DNA of 64,000 nucleotides from Blastocatellia bacterium (GCA_026985075.1 JALSQX010000020.1:158966-222965), one strand, 5' to 3'. Positions 8,565-18,478 are shown, numbered from the stretch's first letter. Numbers and translations: made by a program. Notes: generated from the letters alone by a model not told the origin.

Positions 8565-11500
8565 CTACTGACGATGCTTCCACGATGTGCGATCGATGGG
8601 CGCCGGTCGGGGAACCTCCCGAGGCGGATGCTTCTTGAGCAACTTCAACGCCTCCTCCACCGCGCGCTCCAACTGGGGATCGCGTCCTTGAATGACGAGG
8701 GCCGGCGTCTGTTCGACCTCGATATCGGGAGCCACGCCGACATTTTCCACGTCCCAGTGGCCATCGGTATTATAGAAGGCCACGCGGGGGGCGGTGATGA
8801 ATCCGCCGTCGATGAGCACCGGATAATCGTAGATGCCGATCAATCCGCCCCAGGTGCGCTTGCCGACCAGAGGACCGATCTTTCGCTTGCGGAAGTAATA
8901 GGGGAGCGCGTCGCCGCCGGAACCGGCAAATTGATTGATGATCATCACCTTGGGACCGAACACGGCGGCCGTCGGCGTATGAAAGGTCTTCCCATCACGG
9001 GTCGCCCAGTAATTCAACAGCGGCCGATCCATCAAATCGACCATGTAATCGGCAGCCGAGCCGCCACCGTTGAATCGCTCATCGATGATCATGCCCTGCT
9101 TGTCTTGCTGCGTGAAGTAGTAGCGATTGAAGTATTCGTATCCCGAGCGACCGGTGTTGGGCAAGTAGACGTATCCCAATCGTCCGCCGGAGAGCTCCTC
9201 GACCTTGCGACGGTTGGCCTCCACCCAGGCGCGAGTGCGCAATGCCCTCTCGCTGGCCACAGGCACAACGGTGACCAACCGCGATCCTTCCAACGTCGGT
9301 TGACTGTTGATGCGAATCACCGTCTGCTTGCCCGCCGTGCCTTCGAACAGACTGTACAGGTTCGTCGGAGGTCGAAGCTCTTTGCCGTTCACCTCGAGCA
9401 GGTAATCGCCTTCGGAGATTTGCAACCCTGGAGCGGTCAACGGCGCGCGCAGATCGGGATTCCAGTTCTCGCCGGTATAAATGCGCTTGATGCGATAGCG
9501 CCCATTTTCGATGGCGAAGTCGGCGCCCAACAGGCCCACCGGGACTCGTTCCGGCGTCGGCGCATCGCCACCACCGACATACGCGTGGCCGACGGTGAGT
9601 TCTCCGATGAGCATACTGAGCACGTAAGTCAAATCCGAGCGGTGCCTGACGTGCGGCAAGAAGGGGCGATACTTCTCGTACATCGCCGCCCAATCTTCGC
9701 CGTGCATGTGCTCATCGTAGAAGAAGTCGCGATAGATCCGCCAGGCTTCATGATAGATTTGCTCCCACTCGGCGCGGGGATCGATCTTGATCTCCATGGC
9801 GGCCGTCTTCAATTTCCCATCGCCCACTTTGGCCTTCTTCCCCGTGTCTACGATGCCCCACGTGTCCCCCGCTCGATAGAGGAGCTTCTTCCCCGTAGCC
9901 GACACCTTGTAAAACGTGATGCCGTCCATGAACCTTTCGGCTTTGCGCTTCTTGAGATCATAGCGATGCAACCGCAGACCTTCCTGATGAGGGATGCGTT
10001 CGAGATAAAAGAGCGTGTTGGCCACACCGGCCTGCAGATCCACGTAGTCGCGAGGAGGCACGTCGAGCGCGAGGATGCGTTGGTCGATGCCCTCCAGATC
10101 GATTCGCACAGTCACGCCTTCTTTCTTCTCGGCGGCTTCTTTTTCTTTCTTCGCTTCCTCCTTTTGCGGCTTCTCTGCCTTTTCTTCCTCGCCTTTTTCC
10201 TCATCGCTCTCAGGGAGGAGAGGCGAGGGCTCTTTGGCGCTCAGCACGATCAGATAGACGCCGCGGCGCACCGGTCGTTCGTAGGACGTCATGTCCAGCC
10301 AGCCGGTGTTGAGGGCGTAATTGGTGCTCGCCAGGAAGTAGAGATACTTTCCACTGGCATCGAACGCCGGAGAGATGGCGTCGGACAGCCCATCGGTGAT
10401 CTGGTGAACCTGACCATCTTTGAGCGAGTAGAGGAAGATGGCGTGCATGTGATTATCTAATCGTTTCGTGTAAGCGATCCATTGGGAATCCGGCGACCAG
10501 ACGGGATCGATGGTCCGCTCCGGGTGGCTGTAGGTATCGGTGTCTACTTTGGTCGCCTTTCCTGAATCGACATCCACCACCCAGAGATTCAAATGTTTGT
10601 CGGTGAACAACAGCTTCTGAGAATCGGGCGACCAGGCGGGCGTGTAATAGAAAGAGGGGTTCTCCAACGCGATGACTTTCGGTTTTTCCAATCCTTTTTG
10701 ATCGGAGATGACCAACTGATATTCGCCTCCTCGATCGGAGAACCAGGCGATACGACTCCCATCGGGCGACCAGACGGGATTGCGATCGTGAACGCCGGGA
10801 CTCTCGGTCAGATTCCGAGGATCGCCCTTCTTGGCCGGGACGGTGATGATGTCGCCGCGTGCCTCGAACACGGCTCTCACACCATGTGGTGAGAGGTCGG
10901 CGTGGCGGATCATCTTCCCCACTTTGACGAAATGTGGGCGCGCCCACGGGAGATCGCCATGGACCTCGATGACGAGCTGTTGGGATCGGCGGGTTCGCGG
11001 ATCGAAGAGATGGAGGTATCCAGCTTGCTCATACACGATGACGCCACCGCCCGCCGAGGCGCTCTTGATATCGAAATCCCGATGATGGGTCAATTGCTGG
11101 ACGCGATGGCGACGCAACTGATAGGAAAAGAGGTTCATCGTCCCGTTCCGATCCGAGAGGAAATAGATCGTGTCGCCAATCCACATGGGATCGGTATCAT
11201 TGCTGTCCTGGCGAGGAATTTTTTCGATTGAGTAGTCCGAGAGATCGATGATCCAGATGAACGCGGCCAGCCCCCCGCGATAGTGACGCCACGTCCCGAA
11301 GGCGTCGGGCACAGGGACGTAGGCCATGCGCCGACCATCGGGGGAATAGACGCCTTTATTGGCCATGGGCATGGGGAGCGGCTCGGGCATGCCACCGTCG
11401 ACCGAGATCGTCCAGAGCCGATTATAGGCTCTGGGAACGCTCGTCCGACTAGAGGCGAATACAATGGCCGTCCCATCCGGCGTCCAGCCCCGTACGCGAT

Positions 11501-11831
11501 CCGGTTCTGGATGATAGGTGAGCCGCCGAGGTTGGCCACCAGTGGCGGGAACGACGTACACATCGACGTTTCCATCGTACTCCCCGGTGAAGGCAATCAT
11601 CGATCCATCGGGAGAGAAACGCGGATTGGTCTCGCTGCCCGGCGCGCTGGTCAATCGGCGCGCTCGACCACCACGGCGAGAGACGATCCAGATGTCATTG
11701 GCATAAACGAACGCAATCTGATCGCGGCTCACCGTCGGCTGACGCAGCAGCCGCGTGCCTTGCCCCCGGACGGAGACGACGGAGCCGAGCAGAACGAAGA
11801 TGAGGATGAAAAAGAGGCGTTGGATTTTCAT
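8565..11831 (-). CDS. Tricorn-protease homologue (TolB-like beta-propellers + PDZ + S41 peptidase) with a signal peptide
   Basis: An N-terminal signal peptide (MKIQRLFFILIFVLLGSVVSVRG) is followed by repeated beta-propeller blades, a PDZ domain and a C-terminal S41 catalytic domain. The true start is ATG 11831 after an AGGAGG RBS. The track start at 11861 is GTG. A Glu/Lys-rich low-complexity linker is also present. Confidence 0.85.
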   Translation of the reverse strand: MKIQRLFFILIFVLLGSVVSVRGQGTRLLRQPTVSRDQIAFVYANDIWIVSRRGGRARRLTSAPGSETNPRFSPDGSMIAFTGEYDGNVDVYVVPATGGQPRRLTYHPEPDRVRGWTPDGTAIVFASSRTSVPRAYNRLWTISVDGGMPEPLPMPMANKGVYSPDGRRMAYVPVPDAFGTWRHYRGGLAAFIWIIDLSDYSIEKIPRQDSNDTDPMWIGDTIYFLSDRNGTMNLFSYQLRRHRVQQLTHHRDFDIKSASAGGGVIVYEQAGYLHLFDPRTRRSQQLVIEVHGDLPWARPHFVKVGKMIRHADLSPHGVRAVFEARGDIITVPAKKGDPRNLTESPGVHDRNPVWSPDGSRIAWFSDRGGEYQLVISDQKGLEKPKVIALENPSFYYTPAWSPDSQKLLFTDKHLNLWVVDVDSGKATKVDTDTYSHPERTIDPVWSPDSQWIAYTKRLDNHMHAIFLYSLKDGQVHQITDGLSDAISPAFDASGKYLYFLASTNYALNTGWLDMTSYERPVRRGVYLIVLSAKEPSPLLPESDEEKGEEEKAEKPQKEEAKKEKEAAEKKEGVTVRIDLEGIDQRILALDVPPRDYVDLQAGVANTLFYLERIPHQEGLRLHRYDLKKRKAERFMDGITFYKVSATGKKLLYRAGDTWGIVDTGKKAKVGDGKLKTAAMEIKIDPRAEWEQIYHEAWRIYRDFFYDEHMHGEDWAAMYEKYRPFLPHVRHRSDLTYVLSMLIGELTVGHAYVGGGDAPTPERVPVGLLGADFAIENGRYRIKRIYTGENWNPDLRAPLTAPGLQISEGDYLLEVNGKELRPPTNLYSLFEGTAGKQTVIRINSQPTLEGSRLVTVVPVASERALRTRAWVEANRRKVEELSGGRLGYVYLPNTGRSGYEYFNRYYFTQQDKQGMIIDERFNGGGSAADYMVDLMDRPLLNYWATRDGKTFHTPTAAVFGPKVMIINQFAGSGGDALPYYFRKRKIGPLVGKRTWGGLIGIYDYPVLIDGGFITAPRVAFYNTDGHWDVENVGVAPDIEVEQTPALVIQGRDPQLERAVEEALKLLKKHPPREVPRPAPIDRTSWKHRQ

Positions 11832-12231
11832 GATGATCCTCCTGCGAAATATGATTTCCACACATTCACCGATGAACAGATACGCGTTCTGTCACTCATC
11901 GGTTCATCTTTCATCCTTCGAGCATGCTCATGGCTCATGAGCGATTCTTCGACTCTATGAACCCGCTCGCCGCCCTCCATTGGCATAGCCCGCACGCGAT
12001 TGACCGCTCTCCATTCACCACCCACCTTCCGTACCAATGAACGAGATCCCCGAATGCCTCATTCTGTCGAGCGGAGGAGCGGTTGCGGACGTCGCCGAAT
12101 TTCGATCGAACCGCGAATCCCCACTCCATCTCGTCAGTCCTTTGATGGTCTCTTCGGCCATGATCCGCCATGGCCTCTCTCGCCCGATCGAGTTGACGCC
12201 ATTCACCTGATCGAACCCGATGTCGCTGCAT

Positions 12232-13215
12232 CTATTCATGACCCCGCACCGGTTGTGGACGATACGGTTCCTCCAGATACGCTCTCTCTTCTTCGGAGAG
12301 AGTGATGTCCAATGCGCCGACGGCTTCCTCCAGATGCTCGATCGTCCGCACGCCAATGATCGGGGCGGTGATACCCGGCTGATGGAGTAGCCAGGCCAGC
12401 GCGATTTGAGCTGGCGTGACGCCTCGACGTGCGGCCACAGCGACGACGCGATCGATGATCTCCAGGTTCGCCCGGTCGTAAAGTTGCCGGGTGTATGCAT
12501 CGGTTCGGGATCGTAATGTCTCGCCCCCTCCCTTCTCCGGTCTCGGTCGAGCCAGCAATCCTCTGGCCAGAGGCCCCCAGGGGATGACGCCAATGCCCTC
12601 TTCGCGACAGAGTGGCAGCATCTCTCGCTCCTCCTCGCGATAGAGCAAGTTATAATGGTTTTGCATACTGACCGGTCGCGTCCATCCATGTCGATCGGCG
12701 GTGTAGAGAGCTTTGGCGAATTGCCAGGCGTACATACTCGATGCGCCAAGGTACCTCACCTTGCCCGCCCGAACCAGATCGTCGAGCGTCTCCATCGTCT
12801 CCTCGATGGGCGTCGAAGAGTCCCAACGGTGAATCTGATAGAGGTCGACGTAATCCGTTTGGAGGCGTTTGAGCGAGGCATCGATTTGCGCTCGAATGTG
12901 CTTCCGGGAGAGACCCCGTTGATTGGGCACGCCTTCCTTCATCGGATAGTACACCTTCGTGGCGATGACCACATCGTCTCGATCGGCAACGAAGTCTCTC
13001 ACGGCTCGGCCCAGAATCTCTTCGCTCAGACCGAGGGAGTACATATTGGCCGTGTCGAAAAAATTAATTCCCAGTTCGAGCGCGCGTTGAATGATGGCTC
13101 GGGCTTCGTCCTCACCAATCGTCCACGGACGCCACTGCTTCGACCCGAATGTCATACAGCCCAGGCACAGGCGCGAGACTTGCAGTCCGGATCGGCCGAG
13201 ATTCACGTACTCCAT
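12232..13215 (-). CDS. Aldo/keto reductase (AKR) family oxidoreductase
   Basis: The protein begins MEYVNLGRSGLQVSRLCLGCMTFG and contains the AKR catalytic tetrad region. The start is ATG 13215 after a GGGAGGGG RBS. The track ORF is N-extended. Confidence 0.85.
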   Translation of the reverse strand: MEYVNLGRSGLQVSRLCLGCMTFGSKQWRPWTIGEDEARAIIQRALELGINFFDTANMYSLGLSEEILGRAVRDFVADRDDVVIATKVYYPMKEGVPNQRGLSRKHIRAQIDASLKRLQTDYVDLYQIHRWDSSTPIEETMETLDDLVRAGKVRYLGASSMYAWQFAKALYTADRHGWTRPVSMQNHYNLLYREEEREMLPLCREEGIGVIPWGPLARGLLARPRPEKGGGETLRSRTDAYTRQLYDRANLEIIDRVVAVAARRGVTPAQIALAWLLHQPGITAPIIGVRTIEHLEEAVGALDITLSEEERAYLEEPYRPQPVRGHE

Positions 13216-13394
13216 GTTCCCCTCCCACGAACCGAAGTGTTGACACTCATGCCTTTCACTTCGATGCTGGAGTGTAACAAGGCTTCTCGACAAAAGTAAA
13301 GAACGAATTGAACCGAGATCGGCTTTCTTTTGTCGCCGAAACACAGTAGAATACCGGCCGTGCTGGAAAGCATCACATCCCGACCGAGGAGGAG

Positions 13395-14744
13395 ATGATG
13401 GGACAATATCGACGTGGAACGCTCATCGGGCTCTCGCTCATCATCATTGGGAGCGCAGTCATAAGCTCCCTGTTGGCCGCTTCTGTGGTTGCTCGGGGAC
13501 GCGGCGGGCGCGTTGAGGGAATGGTCGTCTCGGCGACCACGGGCGAGCCATTGGCCGATGTCCGCGTATGGCTCGATCCGGTACCGACGACGGATCCCGC
13601 TCCCCGTCGTCGGGCCCGCACGGACCGGCGAGGGCGTTTCGTCTTCACCGGCGTGCGCCCTGGGCTCTATCGACTGTACGCTCAGAAGCAAGACTATCTG
13701 TTCGCCGAATACGCCGATCCGCAAGCTGGCGAGGCACAGGCGTATCTTCAAGTAGATGACCAGACCATCATCTCCGACATCGTCATCGACCTCCAGCCTG
13801 GGGGTTCGGTGAGCGGGTCCATCTGGGATGAACGGGGCCGCCCGGCCAGCGGCATTATCGTGAAGCTCCTTCCGCTCACTTCATCGGGGGAACGCCCTTC
13901 CACGACCAGAGTGAATAGCACTCGCACGGATGAGCGAGGACAGTACCGGTTGAGCGGTCTCCGTCCGGGACGATATATCCTGCGGGCCGAGCGCCACATC
14001 GTAGACCAAGGATCTGCCCGATTGGCGTTCGCTTATTACCCCGATGCCGACTCCTGGACGTCGGCTACGCCCATCGACATCAATGCTGGCGAGACGCTGA
14101 CGGATATCAATCTGAATTTTCATCCTCGAACCGAATCCGCCATCATCGCTGGTGTGGTGGTCGACGCTCAGACGGGAGATCCGTTGCCCGGCGTGAGCGT
14201 GAGCGTGGTCGATGAATTGAACCTCGGATTGCGTACCAAGACGGCGGCTGATGGACAATACCGACTAGAGGGGTTGCCGCCGGGAACGTATGCTCTCTCC
14301 ACGCACGCTGAGACCATCGGTCAAGGCTACATGCGGACGTGGGAGAACATCACGCTGGCGTCGGGATTGAATGTGATGGATGTCGAACTCCAACCGGCAC
14401 CGTTGATTGCCGGGACGATCGAGTACATCGGTTCCGGGCCACCACCGGCGCCGGGCGATTTCATGATCTCGGTCCACTTCGCCCGCCAGAGCCAGGGCAT
14501 TCGCTACACCGGTCAACCAACGTTCGAATTTCGCGGATTGGAGGCGGGCCGAGCGCGGATCGGCGTGGGATTCGCCGCCCTGCAGTATAAGCTGGCGGCC
14601 ATCCTCTATGGCGATCGAGACATCACCGGACAGGCCATCGAGCTCCATCCTGGAGACCAACTCACCGGCGTGCGGATTCTCATCACCGATGATCTGACGA
14701 CGGCCTCGGAGGTGAAAGAGATCGACGGCGTCCACGATCCTTGA
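13395..14744 (+). CDS. Secreted protein made of tandem carboxypeptidase-regulatory-like (CarbopepD_reg / transthyretin-like) beta-sandwich repeats
   Basis: A signal peptide is followed by repeated GxVxDxxTGxPLxxVxV / YRLxGLxPGxY modules. A GGAGGAG RBS precedes the ATG at 13395. Confidence 0.7.
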   Translation: MMGQYRRGTLIGLSLIIIGSAVISSLLAASVVARGRGGRVEGMVVSATTGEPLADVRVWLDPVPTTDPAPRRRARTDRRGRFVFTGVRPGLYRLYAQKQDYLFAEYADPQAGEAQAYLQVDDQTIISDIVIDLQPGGSVSGSIWDERGRPASGIIVKLLPLTSSGERPSTTRVNSTRTDERGQYRLSGLRPGRYILRAERHIVDQGSARLAFAYYPDADSWTSATPIDINAGETLTDINLNFHPRTESAIIAGVVVDAQTGDPLPGVSVSVVDELNLGLRTKTAADGQYRLEGLPPGTYALSTHAETIGQGYMRTWENITLASGLNVMDVELQPAPLIAGTIEYIGSGPPPAPGDFMISVHFARQSQGIRYTGQPTFEFRGLEAGRARIGVGFAALQYKLAAILYGDRDITGQAIELHPGDQLTGVRILITDDLTTASEVKEIDGVHDP

Positions 14745-14772
14745 GACGCCTCTGACACGGGCTCGTCGGAGG

Positions 14773-14870
14773 ATGCCGCTCTCTCCGTTGGTGGGAATCT
14801 CACTTCCTTCACGTTTTGTTTGTCGGGGTCTGTCTCTGAATGCCGCTCTCTCCGTTGGTGGGAATCTCAC
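14773..14870. repeat. Exact 31-bp direct repeat x2 (ATGCCGCTCTCTCCGTTGGTGGGAATCTCAC) separated by a 36-bp spacer
   Basis: The copies lie at 14773..14803 and 14840..14870 and are identical. They sit in the convergent 3' region, and the second copy overlaps the last codons of the 1203-aa membrane gene. There are only two units and no cas genes. Confidence 0.6.
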
Positions 14871-17800
14871 CCCCTCGAAGTCGAGTCCGCCCGTTCACTC
14901 TCCTTGTCGGCATGCCAAAGGGATGTCGACTGGTTTTTGCCTACGGAATTTCGCCCTGATAGATATTCCATATCGATGGCCATGAGCATACCCGCGATGA
15001 CCAGCGTGGCGATCAAAGGCCACTCCGTCCACCCCATTCTCAACGCCTGTCCGGCTTCGACGAAGAGCAGAAGCCCAATGATGTACATCAAAGGCGGTGG
15101 CATGGCGGTGACGATGAACAGATGCATCGCTGCCACTGCCCCGGCGCCTGAGAGGATGAGATGAATCAAGCGGCCGGTGACGATGAACGTCCAAGCGGGA
15201 TATCCGATGATCAACACCAGCACGATCGCCAGCCCGACGCTCAAGACACGCCGTTTTCCTCCTCGCCCAGGCATTCGAGCCTCACTGGATGGAACGAGCG
15301 ATGATCGCGCAGCCGATGCCGCACCGGAGAGGATCCAGCCGAGATAGATGGCCACCGGAATGAGATAGAACTCCAGCAGCCCAACATGACCGATGCGACC
15401 GATGATGATCCACGCGGAGACGAGGAAAATGGCCGCTATATGCTGATGAAGCGACCGGCGACGAAGCCAATACATATCCATACTGATGAGCGCCAGCAAT
15501 AGCGCCGCCAAAGCGCCACCGAGGTGACGGTGCGCCAGGCCAAACGTCAAGCCACTGCCAATGAGGACGTACACATGCGCCCCATACCACAGGACGCGCT
15601 CGCGCCACCAGTCATCCTCGCGGCGCTCATACCACCACTGTGCCAATACATGCAGTCCCGCCAAGGTAGCGAATGCCAGCCCATAGTGACCGATGCTCAC
15701 ACCATACGTCGCCAAGAATGTGTAGACGAGTACGCCGGAGGCTACTGAGGCGAGAATATAAGCCGTGATGAACGTCGATCGGAATCGTTGCTGGACATAA
15801 GGCGGGAGGATACCCTTCCAACCGATCGTCACGATGATGAAGCCAATGATGGCAATGAGGAGCGCCGACAGATCGTACTGACCCCAGGGAGCATTGACGC
15901 CGAGCAACAATAAGAGCACCCCGTTAGCCAGCCATAATCCCATGTTCGGCAGCCGCGGACGGAATCCATCCTCCCACGTGCGGCGCATCTCCATGCGGCT
16001 GAGAATGAGCAGGAAGAGGTAATAGACGCCCAGGCACAGCGTTGCCGAGATCGCTCCCGCGCCGATGACCAGCACGGCGAGGCCGGCCGTCACCAATCCC
16101 AGGGCGAGGAGCTTCGATGAGGTGGTTTTCTCCCGTTCGGCCAGTATGGTGAACAGGAGACCGAGGGCGAGAAGATAATTCGCTTCCACGCGCGGCGAAT
16201 AATGTTGTCCAATAGCCTGGGGGAGTGGCAGCCGCACGGCGAGATTCGGAATAGTTCGCCAGAGCACGTTGATCACCCCAATCACGATCGCTCCGTAACC
16301 GAGCGCCCTCAAGACGCGGAGAGGATGGAGGCGGCCAGCCACCGGATCAGCCGCCAGGCGACTTTGAACGGTCAGTGCCATCAGCCAGGCCAGCATGGCC
16401 AGGAGATTCAGCGGCGAACGCCAGATGGTCAACCCGATGGCCAGGAGCGAGAAAACGTGCGCGAAATGCATGACGCTGGCCCGACTCAGCAACTGGCGAT
16501 GACGGGCCATCACGGCATACCCGAGCAGATAGATCACGCTCATCACAGCGAAGGCCAATCCATAGATTTCCACTCGAGCACCGGCGAGCTGCAGCACAGC
16601 GAACAGTAAGAATCCCACGGCCACATGGGCCATCTCACATCCGAGGAGCAGGAAGGATCGAACGGCCCGTCCCATGGGCGGAGACCAGGCCGGCTCCCAC
16701 CCATAGCGCATCAAGGGAAACATCGCTGCCAGGATGAAGAAGCTGATCGGGTGGTACTGATTCCCGATGAGGCTGATGAGGAGCGTCGACAGAGCCACGA
16801 GGAGCGCCACACTCAAGGTGAATCGAATCCTGACAACGACACGATGAGAATCCTCGATCCGGCGAGCGCGATTGATCCACCATTGCGTGAGCATCATGAG
16901 CAGGAGAGAGAACACAGCGAGCACCAGCGTCGATTGCGTCGGGAATACACCGAAAGCGACCAGGACGACTCCCGCCGCCAGGTGAATCACGCTCAACGCG
17001 TATGACACAATGGCACCAGTCCATTCCGAGAGGGCGAACAGTATCAACGCTCCGATACCCAATGCCGCCATGACGGCCAACAAACTGTATGCCGCCGTCA
17101 CTGCCGCCAACACGAGCGTCAGGTATCCGGCAACGGCCAGAGCGCGCCGAGGATAGAGATGCCCGAACCATGCACTCGCCCAACTGTAGATACTCCCCAT
17201 GGCGAGGAGGAGGACGATGACCCAAGAGGCTTCTCCGAACAGGAGCACCGTCCCGGCGCTCGACGCGGCGAGGAGGAGGAGCGGCGCGGCGAAACCGATG
17301 AGTCCTTCCACAGCCCGCATCCCTCCTGATGGTGGCCTCGCCGGTTCGCGCTCGGCGCGACGGACAATGAGACCGCCCGCCCAGGAGATGGCCACGAGCA
17401 AGAGCGCCAGAGCGCTCCAGGAGCTTCCCGATGGCATGGTCACCTGAACCGATCCCGACGCTTGAAGCCGATAGGTCAAAACGCCGATCGTGTGCACCTG
17501 GACGAGCCCATCCCAGAACGCTTGCTGAGAAATGACGATCATCCCACCCAGGACGAAGGCGAACCAATAGGCCGACTCGGTCAACGCCGCCCAACGCCGC
17601 GAGCGAAAGCCGTTGCCAATGCCCACCAGCAGCACCACGCCGAGAGCAGCCAGCACGACGTGGTATTGCTGCCCGATTGAGAGAGAGAGCGTACCGGCCA
17701 ACACGAACGCGAGGACTCCCCATCCCAACATGCCCAACAGGATACCGATTCCGATGGCGCGATTGAGCCAGGCGAGGGTGAAGAGCCATCCCGCAGCCAG

Positions 17801-18478
17801 ATACCCGCTGGTCAACAACACGCTCGAGGGATGCGGAAAGAACGACGGCCCGAAGAGGACGACGAGCGTCAGGAGCAACAGGGCACCCGCCGCCGCGTAA
17901 TGCTGTTTCAGCGGAGGATCGAGCGCGTGACAGAGGAGAGCGATGAGCCCGCCTATTCCTACGAGCAACATCGAGGCCAGCGAGGCGGGCAACCCCAGCG
18001 TGAACGGGAGGAAGTAAAGAGGGATGGCCAGATTCACGGCGAACAAATACGCCCGATGAGGACGTCCACTGAGCGGGAGACGCCGCTCGACGAGATCGGC
18101 AAAGATGATGTAAGCCAATGTCACCAGGGCGGCGAAAGAAGCGCTCAACGGCAGGTTCCCGACAATGGGCGGGATGGTCGTCACGCTCACCATGTAGAGC
18201 GTCAGTGGGAGCAACACATCGCCTAACGCGATGAGCCATCGACTGAGCGAAGACGCTGGATCGCTCCGATGAACAGCCCATCCCACCGCCCAGACGACCA
18301 GATTGATCCCCATCCAACTGCCGACGAAACCAACCGATGAGGAGAGCGGAGATCCGGTCAGGCGAATGGCCGAGGCCAGAGCCGCCATCAGGATGAGCAC
18401 TAATCCCCCGTAACTGACAATCGCCATATGCCGGGCGCGCATCGTCAGCCCTTGGTGTCGATGTCCATGGTTGAGCAT
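14867..18478 (-). CDS. Very large (1203 aa) polytopic integral membrane protein of unknown function (DUF2339-like?)
   Basis: It is almost entirely hydrophobic helices, with 30 or more predicted TM segments rich in G/A/L/W. It has no recognisable catalytic motifs. The ATG at 18478 was confirmed. Confidence 0.6.
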   Translation of the reverse strand: MLNHGHRHQGLTMRARHMAIVSYGGLVLILMAALASAIRLTGSPLSSSVGFVGSWMGINLVVWAVGWAVHRSDPASSLSRWLIALGDVLLPLTLYMVSVTTIPPIVGNLPLSASFAALVTLAYIIFADLVERRLPLSGRPHRAYLFAVNLAIPLYFLPFTLGLPASLASMLLVGIGGLIALLCHALDPPLKQHYAAAGALLLLTLVVLFGPSFFPHPSSVLLTSGYLAAGWLFTLAWLNRAIGIGILLGMLGWGVLAFVLAGTLSLSIGQQYHVVLAALGVVLLVGIGNGFRSRRWAALTESAYWFAFVLGGMIVISQQAFWDGLVQVHTIGVLTYRLQASGSVQVTMPSGSSWSALALLLVAISWAGGLIVRRAEREPARPPSGGMRAVEGLIGFAAPLLLLAASSAGTVLLFGEASWVIVLLLAMGSIYSWASAWFGHLYPRRALAVAGYLTLVLAAVTAAYSLLAVMAALGIGALILFALSEWTGAIVSYALSVIHLAAGVVLVAFGVFPTQSTLVLAVFSLLLMMLTQWWINRARRIEDSHRVVVRIRFTLSVALLVALSTLLISLIGNQYHPISFFILAAMFPLMRYGWEPAWSPPMGRAVRSFLLLGCEMAHVAVGFLLFAVLQLAGARVEIYGLAFAVMSVIYLLGYAVMARHRQLLSRASVMHFAHVFSLLAIGLTIWRSPLNLLAMLAWLMALTVQSRLAADPVAGRLHPLRVLRALGYGAIVIGVINVLWRTIPNLAVRLPLPQAIGQHYSPRVEANYLLALGLLFTILAEREKTTSSKLLALGLVTAGLAVLVIGAGAISATLCLGVYYLFLLILSRMEMRRTWEDGFRPRLPNMGLWLANGVLLLLLGVNAPWGQYDLSALLIAIIGFIIVTIGWKGILPPYVQQRFRSTFITAYILASVASGVLVYTFLATYGVSIGHYGLAFATLAGLHVLAQWWYERREDDWWRERVLWYGAHVYVLIGSGLTFGLAHRHLGGALAALLLALISMDMYWLRRRSLHQHIAAIFLVSAWIIIGRIGHVGLLEFYLIPVAIYLGWILSGAASAARSSLVPSSEARMPGRGGKRRVLSVGLAIVLVLIIGYPAWTFIVTGRLIHLILSGAGAVAAMHLFIVTAMPPPLMYIIGLLLFVEAGQALRMGWTEWPLIATLVIAGMLMAIDMEYLSGRNSVGKNQSTSLWHADKESERADSTSRG

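Noticed and set aside
8406-10460. 684-aa plus-strand ORF antisense to the tricorn protease
   Set aside because: It is antisense to a well-supported gene. It has an R/G/A/L-rich, low-information composition and no RBS.
12015-13299. ORFs 12015..12749(-) and 12655..13299(+) overlapping the aldo/keto reductase
   Set aside because: The AKR frame has clear family motifs and the others are off-frame or antisense.
14773-14870. Possibility that the 31-bp repeat pair is a bona fide CRISPR array
   Set aside because: There are only two repeat units, no cas genes within the window, no leader, and a weak internal palindrome. It is kept as a repeat finding, not called CRISPR.
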